From Spirochaetota bacterium (GTDB lineage: Bacteria; Spirochaetota; JAHITG01; JAFGFC01), in contig JAFGFC010000001.1 of the NCBI GenBank assembly GCA_016931325.1, positions 1,419 to 65,418 of the forward strand: a stretch of DNA of 64,000 nt, written 5' to 3'. The notes below the pieces were generated by a model. It saw only the letters and a program-made list of their open reading frames with translations. It searched no databases and had not been told where the DNA came from. Below are positions 19,129 to 27,436 of this stretch, one piece after another. The number at the start of each line of letters is the position of its first letter. The stretch's first letter is position 1. The translations under genes were made by a program, and so were the position numbers.

Positions 19129-20217
19129 ATGAGAAAGGAAAAAAAAGAACAAAAGGACAGGCTTGACCGTATCGGAGCCAAACTGAGGGAACGGTTATAC
19201 AGGATAAGGGGAGATGAGATCTTGCCAAAAGAAAATAAATGGGCAAGTGATTTTTATCATTACCGGACTGATCAAGATGATTTTTCCAGAGCGCGAAAAC
19301 TAAAAATTGATCTACTGGAGAAATACAGGAATTGTACGATTCAAGAGGCCGTGCCGGGAAAAAATATACAAAATGAAAAGGGAGAATGTTACCTTATTGA
19401 AAAGCAAACTGATATTAATTCAGAAATGGTCAATCCGTTGAATGTCAATGAGAAGATCCTGTCCCATTTAAGGCTGGTATGGGGAATAGGTTTTTCCATC
19501 GAATCATGTTTAAAAAAAAGGGGGTATCATACGATCAATGATCTGCAGGATCATCCCCGTTTTAAAAAACACTCCAGCGATTTTTTAAAGATCTTTCAAT
19601 CAGGCCGGAAAGAAGATCTTTTAAAATGGATATCCCGATGGTTGGGACGGTCTCACCCTTTAATGTTTCTCACTTCCGGTTTTTTTAATAAAGAGAATTT
19701 CCTCTTTGTTGATATAGAGACCCTTGGTCTTTTTTCAAGACCTGTTATTCTAATCGGCCTGGCTTTTATAAAAAACTCAAAATTTAACATTATACAGTAT
19801 TTTATCAGAGATATCCAGGAAGAACCATCAGCTTTGAAAGCCTTTCTTTCTCATGTTAAAAATGATACGATACTGGTCACTTATAATGGCAGGGCATTTG
19901 ACATTCCCTATATAAAAGAGAGATTAACTTATTATGGCATCAGGGCAGAGTTGGGGTATGTTCATTATGATATGCTGCCATTTTCCAGGCGTATTTGGAA
20001 AGGGAGATTTCCCGACTGTTCTCTTACAACGATTGAAAAATTCTATTTTAAAACTATCAGAACCGACGATGTCCCCTCCGGTATGGTCCCTGATTTTTAT
20101 GATACCTACCTGAGAACCGGCAATATTGGCCCTCTTGTCCCTATTATTCAGCATAACTCGTTTGATCTTTTTACGCTGGGAAGGATCTTTTTTACTCTTC
20201 ATAAAATATGGCAATAA
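19129..20217 (+). CDS. HhH + RNase H-like (DnaQ/YprB-family) 3'-5' exonuclease, MrfB-like
   Basis: HhH motif LRLVWGIGFSIESCLKKRGYHTINDL. The C-terminal exonuclease motifs are FVDIETLGL (Exo I), VTYNGRAFDIPY (Exo II) and HNSFDL (Exo III, H..D). It overlaps the downstream helicase gene by 10 nt. Confidence 0.6.
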   Translation: MRKEKKEQKDRLDRIGAKLRERLYRIRGDEILPKENKWASDFYHYRTDQDDFSRARKLKIDLLEKYRNCTIQEAVPGKNIQNEKGECYLIEKQTDINSEMVNPLNVNEKILSHLRLVWGIGFSIESCLKKRGYHTINDLQDHPRFKKHSSDFLKIFQSGRKEDLLKWISRWLGRSHPLMFLTSGFFNKENFLFVDIETLGLFSRPVILIGLAFIKNSKFNIIQYFIRDIQEEPSALKAFLSHVKNDTILVTYNGRAFDIPYIKERLTYYGIRAELGYVHYDMLPFSRRIWKGRFPDCSLTTIEKFYFKTIRTDDVPSGMVPDFYDTYLRTGNIGPLVPIIQHNSFDLFTLGRIFFTLHKIWQ

Positions 20218-22478
20218 TCATACAGGATATAATTAATCAGTTAGAAAGGAATATACTGTTTAAAGATAATCTGGAGCATATAGAGATCATTGATAAAAAA
20301 GAGGCTGACTTTGGGAATTTAAAGATAAAATTATCCCCACCAGTTTTAGAATATCTTTCCCGGAAAAAAATAAAGCTTTACAGACATCAATGCCAGGTCA
20401 TTCATTATTTGACAGAGGGGAGGAATGTGATCATCACGACCCCGACCGCTTCAGGAAAGACCCTGGCGTTTAATATTCCCGTTTTTGAGGCCATGATAAG
20501 TGATCATGAAACCAGAGCCCTTTATCTGTATCCCACAAAGGCTTTATCTCAGGATCAGCTGAAAGTGATCAAGGATTTTGAAAGGACCGCAGGTTCGATC
20601 TCCCTTACGCCTCGTATTTATGATGGTGATACCTCGCCTTCACAGAGGCCGGTTATAAGGGAAACCAGCCGGATCATTATCTCTAATCCCTATGAACTTC
20701 ACCAGATACTGCCCTTTCATTCCAAATGGCAGAAATTTTTCAAGAACCTAAAATTCATTGTTCTTGACGAAGCCCATCGTTATAGAGGTGTCTTTGGTAG
20801 CCATATCGCCTATGTTATAAGAAGGCTTTTAAGGATCGCTCAGTTTTATGGGTCAACGCCTCAGTTTATCCTGTCTACGGCCACGCTGGCCAATCCATTG
20901 GAATTTGCAGAGAAACTGACAGGCTGCGGTTTCAATCTGGTAAATGAAGATTCATCCCCTCATGGGAAAAAATATTTTATATTTTATAATCCGTATTCAG
21001 ATGGCACCCAGAATCTATCATCGCATCAACATACCAAAAATCTGTTTCTTTTTTTTATCAAGCAGGGTCTGCAAACGCTGTGTTTCACCGTGTCCAGGAA
21101 AATGGCCGAACTTGTAAGTTTCTGGGCCAGGCAGGACCTGAAAAGAATGAATAATGCATTATCTGAAATGATTATGTCCTACCGGGCAGGATATCTTCCT
21201 TTAGAGCGGAGGAAAATAGAGAATGATCTGAAACACGGTCTGTTAAAAGGGGTGGCCACAACCAATGCCCTGGAACTGGGTATTGATATAGGGAGTCTGG
21301 ATTGTGTCATTATTTCAGGATATCCCGGTACAGTCATATCAACATGGCAACAGGCCGGACGGGCCGGGCGTGGTATTGAAGAATCAATAGTGGTTATGGT
21401 CGCCTTTCAAAATCCTCTGGATCAGTATTTCATGAAACATCCCGGGACTTTTTTTGACAAATCCTGTGAGCATGCTGTTATTGATCTGGACAATGAACAT
21501 ATTGTGTCAGGGCATTTATTATGCGCTACTTCAGAGTTGCCCCTTATCTTTGACAAAGATCAAAGATATTTGCCCAGCCGTGTTGATATCATGGAAGAGA
21601 TGCAGAAACACTCCCTGGTCCAAAAAACTCCTCATGGTTGGGTTTATAAAGGGGTATCCCGAGCCACAGAGGTGGTCAGTCTGGAAAATATATCATCAGA
21701 GGTCTTCAAGATAATCTGCGAAAAGAAATTGATCGGGACTTTAGATAGAGAACAGGCTATACGGGAGACCTACCCGGGTGCGATATTTCTGCATGGAGGA
21801 CAAACCTATCTGGTTGAAGAATTGGATTTAAAAAGCTGCCATGTCCATATAAGCCAAAAAGAGGTGGATTATTACACTCAGTCATTGGAAGTAGCGGATA
21901 TTAAAATCTTGAAAGAGTTGGACAGGCAGCGGAAACAGAAAATCGATATTGTTCTGGGAGAGGTTGAGGTGAAAGAGCATCATACCGGATACAAGATCAT
22001 AAAATATGACAAGATCATAGGTACACAGAAACTTGACCTCCCCGCCCTGCGGTTTCAAACAATCGCCTTATATATCACTTTTCCGCATGAATCAGGGGAA
22101 AAGATGAGAATTGACGGGATAGATTTTGCCGGCAGCCTGCACGGTATGGAGCATGCCTTGATCAGCGTATTCCCTTTCCATGTGATGTGTGACCGGTGGG
22201 ATATAGGCGGTGTTTCCACTGTATTGCATCCTCAGACCGCAAAACCCAGTGTTTTTATCTATGACGGATTTGAAGGCGGGATCGGGCTTGCTGAAAAAGC
22301 CATAGATCTCTTGCAGCCTATAACACAGATGGCCTTTGATCTGGTAAAGGATTGCCCCTGTGAGGAAGGATGCCCGTCCTGCATTTACTCTCCAAAATGC
22401 GGGAATGAAAATAAACCGATGGATAAAAAGGGTACTATTTTTTTGCTTGGAGAATTACTGGATATCTTGAAAAAATAG
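20208..22478 (+). CDS. DEAD/DEAH-box helicase with C-terminal DUF1998 zinc-ribbon (MrfA/YprA-like)
   Basis: Walker A TTPTASGKTLAF. DEAH box VLDEAHRY. Motif III STATL. Motif VI QQAGRAGR. The C-terminal four-Cys cluster CPCEEGCPSCIYSPKC is typical of DUF1998. Confidence 0.8.
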   Translation: MAIIIQDIINQLERNILFKDNLEHIEIIDKKEADFGNLKIKLSPPVLEYLSRKKIKLYRHQCQVIHYLTEGRNVIITTPTASGKTLAFNIPVFEAMISDHETRALYLYPTKALSQDQLKVIKDFERTAGSISLTPRIYDGDTSPSQRPVIRETSRIIISNPYELHQILPFHSKWQKFFKNLKFIVLDEAHRYRGVFGSHIAYVIRRLLRIAQFYGSTPQFILSTATLANPLEFAEKLTGCGFNLVNEDSSPHGKKYFIFYNPYSDGTQNLSSHQHTKNLFLFFIKQGLQTLCFTVSRKMAELVSFWARQDLKRMNNALSEMIMSYRAGYLPLERRKIENDLKHGLLKGVATTNALELGIDIGSLDCVIISGYPGTVISTWQQAGRAGRGIEESIVVMVAFQNPLDQYFMKHPGTFFDKSCEHAVIDLDNEHIVSGHLLCATSELPLIFDKDQRYLPSRVDIMEEMQKHSLVQKTPHGWVYKGVSRATEVVSLENISSEVFKIICEKKLIGTLDREQAIRETYPGAIFLHGGQTYLVEELDLKSCHVHISQKEVDYYTQSLEVADIKILKELDRQRKQKIDIVLGEVEVKEHHTGYKIIKYDKIIGTQKLDLPALRFQTIALYITFPHESGEKMRIDGIDFAGSLHGMEHALISVFPFHVMCDRWDIGGVSTVLHPQTAKPSVFIYDGFEGGIGLAEKAIDLLQPITQMAFDLVKDCPCEEGCPSCIYSPKCGNENKPMDKKGTIFLLGELLDILKK

Positions 22479-22555
22479 ATGATATTATTATGACAAAGCA
22501 GCATTAAGAGTCCCTACCAAATACTAACCACTACAAACTAATCACTGAAAAAATG

Positions 22556-22628
22556 TGGGCGGTAGAGGATTTGAACCTCTGACCCCTTGCTTGTAAGGCA
22601 AATGCTCTCCCAGCTGAGCTAACCGCCC
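22556..22628 (-). tRNA. tRNA-Val (anticodon TAC)
   Basis: The reverse complement GGGCGGTTAGCTCAGCTGGGAGAGCATTTGCCTTACAAGCAAGGGGTCAGAGGTTCAAATCCTCTACCGCCCA folds as a cloverleaf. The anticodon loop CTTACAA gives anticodon UAC. CCA is not encoded. Confidence 0.85.
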
Positions 22629-22699
22629 TTTTAAATTACGGCGTTCAAAGTGCCAGGTGAAAAATAGAATGAAATAAACGCAGTAGCAAAGATAACAAT

Positions 22700-23242
22700 T
22701 TATTTTCTGATGGCAAGATATTTTTTAAAGGCTTCTTTGACACAATTGATTACGGCTTTTGAAGAGATTGTGGCTCCTGTAAGGGCCTGGATATCCCCTT
22801 CTATCTGATCCTTTGTTTTCTTTTTAAATTGAAGTAAAAAATAAGGTTCGGCCTGGCCTTTTTTCTTTTCCTCTATTTTTGATCCCAGTCCGGGTGTTTC
22901 CGAGTGTGAGGAAACGACCACTCCTGTAACCTGACCGAACAGATCAATACCTACCTGGCAGACGACAGGACCGCCATATCCCTTGGCTTCAGTCTTAAAT
23001 ACATACCCGATCAGGTTTCTTTTCATTTTATCAGAATAGATCCTGTAACGGTCACCTTCCTTGTCAAAGCTCTGAACACGGGGGAGGATTATGCTTATAT
23101 TCTCTTTTTCTTTTTTAAGATCATTTTCTTCAATTATGGGCCTGGTTATACTGTACACAAGTGAGAGCATCAGGGCTGATATACCGGTAAAGATCAATAG
23201 GATCAGTCCCAACTTGAAAATACCTGATTCATTTTTATTCAT
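22700..23242 (-). CDS. membrane-anchored FMN-binding domain protein (RnfG/NqrC-like; covalent flavinylation motif)
   Basis: N-terminal TM. FMN_bind domain with ETPGLG and the flavin-attachment-like motif LTGATISS. Confidence 0.65.
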   Translation of the reverse strand: MNKNESGIFKLGLILLIFTGISALMLSLVYSITRPIIEENDLKKEKENISIILPRVQSFDKEGDRYRIYSDKMKRNLIGYVFKTEAKGYGGPVVCQVGIDLFGQVTGVVVSSHSETPGLGSKIEEKKKGQAEPYFLLQFKKKTKDQIEGDIQALTGATISSKAVINCVKEAFKKYLAIRK

Positions 23243-23246
23243 CGGC

Positions 23247-23660
23247 TCAGACCTCGAATTTGAACAAGCGATTAATAAAATGTATTATCTTCTTGAACAG
23301 CGTATAAAAAAAACGCTTTAACGGGCTCATATTCTTTATTTTTTCCAGCTCCTGTTTCTTACTCAATCCCCGATGGAGCTCATCAGGGGTAAAATCCTTT
23401 CTGGCAATATTTTCATCCAGTTCAATGTTCAACTTTTGCAGATCATCCCTGGTCTTTAGTATTTTGGCCTCAATCTCTTTCCAGCCTAATTTTTTAGCGG
23501 CCTGAAGTCGTCGATAACCGGAGAGCAGCTCATTTTTTTGATTCAACACGATAGGATTGATTAACCCATTTTTTTCCATACTGAAAACAAGCATTTTAAT
23601 ATTTCCCATATCTTTACGGACCCTGTTCTTTACTCTTATTTTATTGACCTGTATTTTCAT
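23247..23660 (-). CDS. minimal ParB N-terminal (ParB/Srx-fold) domain protein
   Basis: 137 aa. GYRRLQAAKKLG matches the ParB GxRRxxA box. ENIARKDFTPDE resembles a downstream ParB box. There is no HTH or dimerisation domain. Confidence 0.5.
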   Translation of the reverse strand: MKIQVNKIRVKNRVRKDMGNIKMLVFSMEKNGLINPIVLNQKNELLSGYRRLQAAKKLGWKEIEAKILKTRDDLQKLNIELDENIARKDFTPDELHRGLSKKQELEKIKNMSPLKRFFYTLFKKIIHFINRLFKFEV

Positions 23661-23820
23661 CAGAATGGCTGAATATTACATAATTACAGAAAAATGTCAA
23701 CTTTTTTATATTTCTATCATTACAAATACATTTTAATATTTTCTAAACAATGAGGACCTCTGACCGGATTGCGGTATAAAAGGCCTTGACAATTAAAAAA
23801 AATCAGATTTACTATATTCA

Positions 23821-24609
23821 ATGATGATGATCGATTTTCATGTCCATGCTTTCCCGGATTTCCTGGCAAAGCGTGCCATGGACCAGCTGTCATATTTTTC
23901 CAGGCCCTTTCATGATGGAACGATCAAAGGGCTGTTCCATTCCATGGATGAAGCCGGTATTGACTGTTCTGTGGTCCAATCCATTGCTACCCGACCTGAT
24001 CAATCTGATAATATCCTGCAATGGTCCTTACAGATCAAAGGGGACAGAATTGAGCCGTTCATTTCAATCCACCCTGAAACAGAAAATTATATATCACTTT
24101 TAAAGAAAGCCAGGACAAAGGGTATTAAAGGGGTCAAAGTCCATCCTCATTATCAGGGATTCCAATCTGACGATGAAAATCTGTTTGGACTGTATGAGGC
24201 TTTCTGTGCTCTTGACTTTATTGTATTTTTCCATTCTGGCGAAGATCTGGCCTTCCCGGGTATGGATAACGCCTCTGTAAGGCGAATGGCAAAGGTATTG
24301 GAGAAATTCCCTCAGATGAAAATGGTACTGGCCCATATGGGAGCCTTCAGGGAGTGGGAAGAGGTTTATCGGCTTTTAGCCGGCAAAGATGTTTATTTCG
24401 AGACCTCGTTTATCCTTGAGGAGGGTGGCAAAGATCTTTTTCTTGATATCATGGAAAAGCATGATGATAAAAAGGTCTTGTTCGGGACTGATTCTCCCTG
24501 GTGCCATCAGAAAAAAGCCGTGGAATGCATCAGGAACTTGAATTTGCCCCAAGAAACTCAGGAACGTATTTTCTTTAAAAATGCATTGAATTTACTGAAA
24601 GGGGCCTAA
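23821..24609 (+). CDS. amidohydrolase-2 family metal-dependent hydrolase (TIM barrel)
   Basis: The N-terminus (MIDFHVHAF) carries the HxH metal-binding motif. Further His and Asp residues are spaced as in PF04909-type hydrolases. Confidence 0.5.
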   Translation: MMMIDFHVHAFPDFLAKRAMDQLSYFSRPFHDGTIKGLFHSMDEAGIDCSVVQSIATRPDQSDNILQWSLQIKGDRIEPFISIHPETENYISLLKKARTKGIKGVKVHPHYQGFQSDDENLFGLYEAFCALDFIVFFHSGEDLAFPGMDNASVRRMAKVLEKFPQMKMVLAHMGAFREWEEVYRLLAGKDVYFETSFILEEGGKDLFLDIMEKHDDKKVLFGTDSPWCHQKKAVECIRNLNLPQETQERIFFKNALNLLKGA

Positions 24610-24668
24610 TGACTTATTGACTTTTCAGATATTTTTTAATAGTATTGTGTTTACTATTTTGAGGAGAA

Positions 24669-26465
24669 ATGTACATGTTAAAACGTAATATTTATTGTGG
24701 CGAGATAAAGGAGTCGGATATAGGTAAAAAAATGGTTCTGGCGGGATGGGTGCAATCTTACAGGGACCATGGCGGAGTTATTTTTATCGATCTCAGGGAT
24801 ATTACCGGCATCATGCAGGTTGTTTTTAATCCCGAGATCAATAAGGTCTCCCACAGTGTAGGTGAAACGCTCCGATCAGAGGATGTGATCGCTGTGCAGG
24901 GTGAGATTCAGAAAAGAAGCGAAGAGACGATCAATCCTAAACTTTTTACGGGCATGGTGGAGCTAAAGGTGAATGAAGTTGAGGTATTGAACAAATCAAA
25001 GACCCCGCCTTTTGAGATCAACGAAGAAGCCTCTCAAATTGGAGAGGAGCACAGGCTGACTTACAGGTATATTGATCTGAGAACCCCTGTTTTAAAACAG
25101 AATATGATCATTCGGCATAAAACCACTCAGGAAGTCAGGAATTTTTTAAATAAGAACCGGTTTCTGGAGATCGAGACCCCCATTATGAATAAAAGCACTC
25201 CAGAAGGAGCCAGGGATTTTTTAATACCCAGCCGTCTTAATCACGGAAAATTTTACGCTCTGCCCCAGTCTCCTCAAATATTCAAGCAATTGCTGATGGT
25301 GGCAGGGCTTGACAGATATTATCAGATTGCGCGCTGTTTTCGTGATGAGGACCTTCGTAAAGACAGACAGCCTGAATTCACTCAGATTGATATGGAACTT
25401 TCTTTTGTAGATGAAACTGATATTTATGTGATCATTGAACATATGTTTAAAGATGTTATAAAAAAAGTATATGATAAAAATATCTTGACCCCTTTCCCGA
25501 GAATGAGTTACCGGGAGGTGATGGGCCAATACGGTATGGATAAACCCGACACCCGCATTGATCTTTTCCTGGCGGATATCTCTGATCTTGCTGAAAAGAC
25601 CAATTTTCAGGTCTTTAAGGAAGCCCTGTCTAAAAAGGGGATTGTAAAGTCATTGAACGTAAAAGGGGGTGCTCGGTTTTCAAGAAAAGAGATTGAAGAT
25701 CTGACGGAGTATGTTTCTATTTTTGGGGCCAAAGGTCTGGCCTGGATTAAAATAACCGATAAGGGACCGGAATCATTACTGTTAAAGTATATTCCTGTTC
25801 AAATTCAAGACCAGATCCTGAAGAGAAACAAGTGCCAGGCCGGAGATATCCTCTTTTTTGGAGCGGATAATCACAAGATCGTCAATGACGCTCTTGGCAA
25901 CCTGAGGGTGAAAGTAGCGGAAATGTTACATCTGATCGATGAGAACAAACTTAATTTTTTATGGATAGATAATTTTCCTTTATTGGAATACAATGTAGAA
26001 GAGAAAAGATTTATCGCCATGCATCATCCATTCACCTCTCCAAAAATTTCTGAAAAAGAAGGAGGTACGGACAAACAGATCATTGAGGCTTTAAGAAAGA
26101 ATCCAGAAAATCTTTTTGCACGCAGTTATGATCTTGTCCTGAACGGGACAGAGCTCGGCGGAGGCAGTATAAGGATCCATAATAAGGCGGTACAAGAAAC
26201 CATGTTTGAAGCCTTAAAAATGGATAAAGAACTGTATTATCAGATGTTCGGCTTTCTCATAAAGGCTCTAGAATACGGCGCGCCCCCTCATGGAGGTATT
26301 GCCTTCGGACTGGATCGGTTTATCATGCTTATGTTAAAGGAGGATTCAATAAGGGATGTGATCGCTTTTCCCAAAACCCAGAAAGGGATATGCCTGTTAA
26401 GCGAGACTCCTGCTGAGGTAAGTAATATTCAATTAAAAGAATTAGGGATCAAGACAGTTAAATAA
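24669..26465 (+). CDS. aspS: aspartate--tRNA ligase
   Basis: Class II aaRS motifs are present (FRDEDLRKDRQPEFTQID; GGGSIRIH; GIAFGLDR). N-terminal OB anticodon-binding domain. About 590 aa. Confidence 0.9.
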   Translation: MYMLKRNIYCGEIKESDIGKKMVLAGWVQSYRDHGGVIFIDLRDITGIMQVVFNPEINKVSHSVGETLRSEDVIAVQGEIQKRSEETINPKLFTGMVELKVNEVEVLNKSKTPPFEINEEASQIGEEHRLTYRYIDLRTPVLKQNMIIRHKTTQEVRNFLNKNRFLEIETPIMNKSTPEGARDFLIPSRLNHGKFYALPQSPQIFKQLLMVAGLDRYYQIARCFRDEDLRKDRQPEFTQIDMELSFVDETDIYVIIEHMFKDVIKKVYDKNILTPFPRMSYREVMGQYGMDKPDTRIDLFLADISDLAEKTNFQVFKEALSKKGIVKSLNVKGGARFSRKEIEDLTEYVSIFGAKGLAWIKITDKGPESLLLKYIPVQIQDQILKRNKCQAGDILFFGADNHKIVNDALGNLRVKVAEMLHLIDENKLNFLWIDNFPLLEYNVEEKRFIAMHHPFTSPKISEKEGGTDKQIIEALRKNPENLFARSYDLVLNGTELGGGSIRIHNKAVQETMFEALKMDKELYYQMFGFLIKALEYGAPPHGGIAFGLDRFIMLMLKEDSIRDVIAFPKTQKGICLLSETPAEVSNIQLKELGIKTVK

Positions 26466-26467
26466 AG

Positions 26468-27436
26468 ATGAAAAAAGAGATAACGATACCTGAAAAACAT
26501 CATGTTTCGGAAGTAGCCGGGCCGGAAGATAAATTTATAAAGCTGATCTCGAAAAATTTCTCTTTAAAAATATTCGTAAAAGGCAACAGATTGATATTGG
26601 AGGGAGAGGAAAAAGAACTGGATCAGATCGTAAAACTTTTCCATTCCATTATGGACGCGATTAAGAACGGATATAATATATCAAGTTATGATGTGACCTA
26701 TGGTATCAATCAGATAAAAAGAGGTCAGGTGGTTAACTATAACGAGATCTTTAAAAATGCCATTAAAGTATCTCTGAAAGGCAAGATTATTGTACCCAGA
26801 ACATACGGACAGGCCTGTTATATAGAGGATATTAAAAACTATGATATTGTCTTCTCCATCGGTCCTGCCGGGACCGGTAAAACCTATCTGGCCATGGCCC
26901 TGGCCATTAATTATTTGATCGATGAGCGTGTAAAAAAGATAATATTGACCAGGCCGGTTGTGGAAGCCGGAGAGAGTCTGGGTTATCTGCCCGGCAATAT
27001 CGAAGAAAAAGTCAATCCCTATCTTCGGCCGCTTTATGACGCAATCTTCGATATGATGAGTTATGAAAAGTTCGTTCGTCTTTCTCATACAGGGGTCATT
27101 GAAATCGCACCCCTGGCTTATATGAGAGGAAGGACTTTGAACGATGCTTTTATTATACTGGATGAGGGACAGAACACCAATCCCGAGCAGATGAAAATGT
27201 TTTTAACGCGTGTGGGGGTGAACTCCAAGGTGGTGATCACGGGTGATATTACCCAGATCGATCTGCCTGTAGAAAAGAAAAGCGGACTTATATTGATCCA
27301 GAGTATTTTGAAAGATATTGATGGTGTCAAGTTCAGTTATTTAACCAGTGAAGATGTGGTAAGGCATTATCTGGTTCAGAGGATTATTGATGCTTATGAA
27401 AGACATGATCCAGAAAATAAAAGAAACAGCCAATAA
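26468..27436 (+). CDS. phoH: PhoH-like ATPase
   Basis: Walker A GPAGTGKTYLAMA. It lies in the conserved PhoH-PgpH-YbeY neighbourhood. Confidence 0.85.
   Translation: MKKEITIPEKHHVSEVAGPEDKFIKLISKNFSLKIFVKGNRLILEGEEKELDQIVKLFHSIMDAIKNGYNISSYDVTYGINQIKRGQVVNYNEIFKNAIKVSLKGKIIVPRTYGQACYIEDIKNYDIVFSIGPAGTGKTYLAMALAINYLIDERVKKIILTRPVVEAGESLGYLPGNIEEKVNPYLRPLYDAIFDMMSYEKFVRLSHTGVIEIAPLAYMRGRTLNDAFIILDEGQNTNPEQMKMFLTRVGVNSKVVITGDITQIDLPVEKKSGLILIQSILKDIDGVKFSYLTSEDVVRHYLVQRIIDAYERHDPENKRNSQ

Noticed and set aside
22479-22700. Integrated element att site at tRNA-Val
   Set aside because: There is no integrase. I could not see by eye a second copy of the tRNA 3' end in the surrounding kilobases. It remains a testable possibility (see findings), not a feature.
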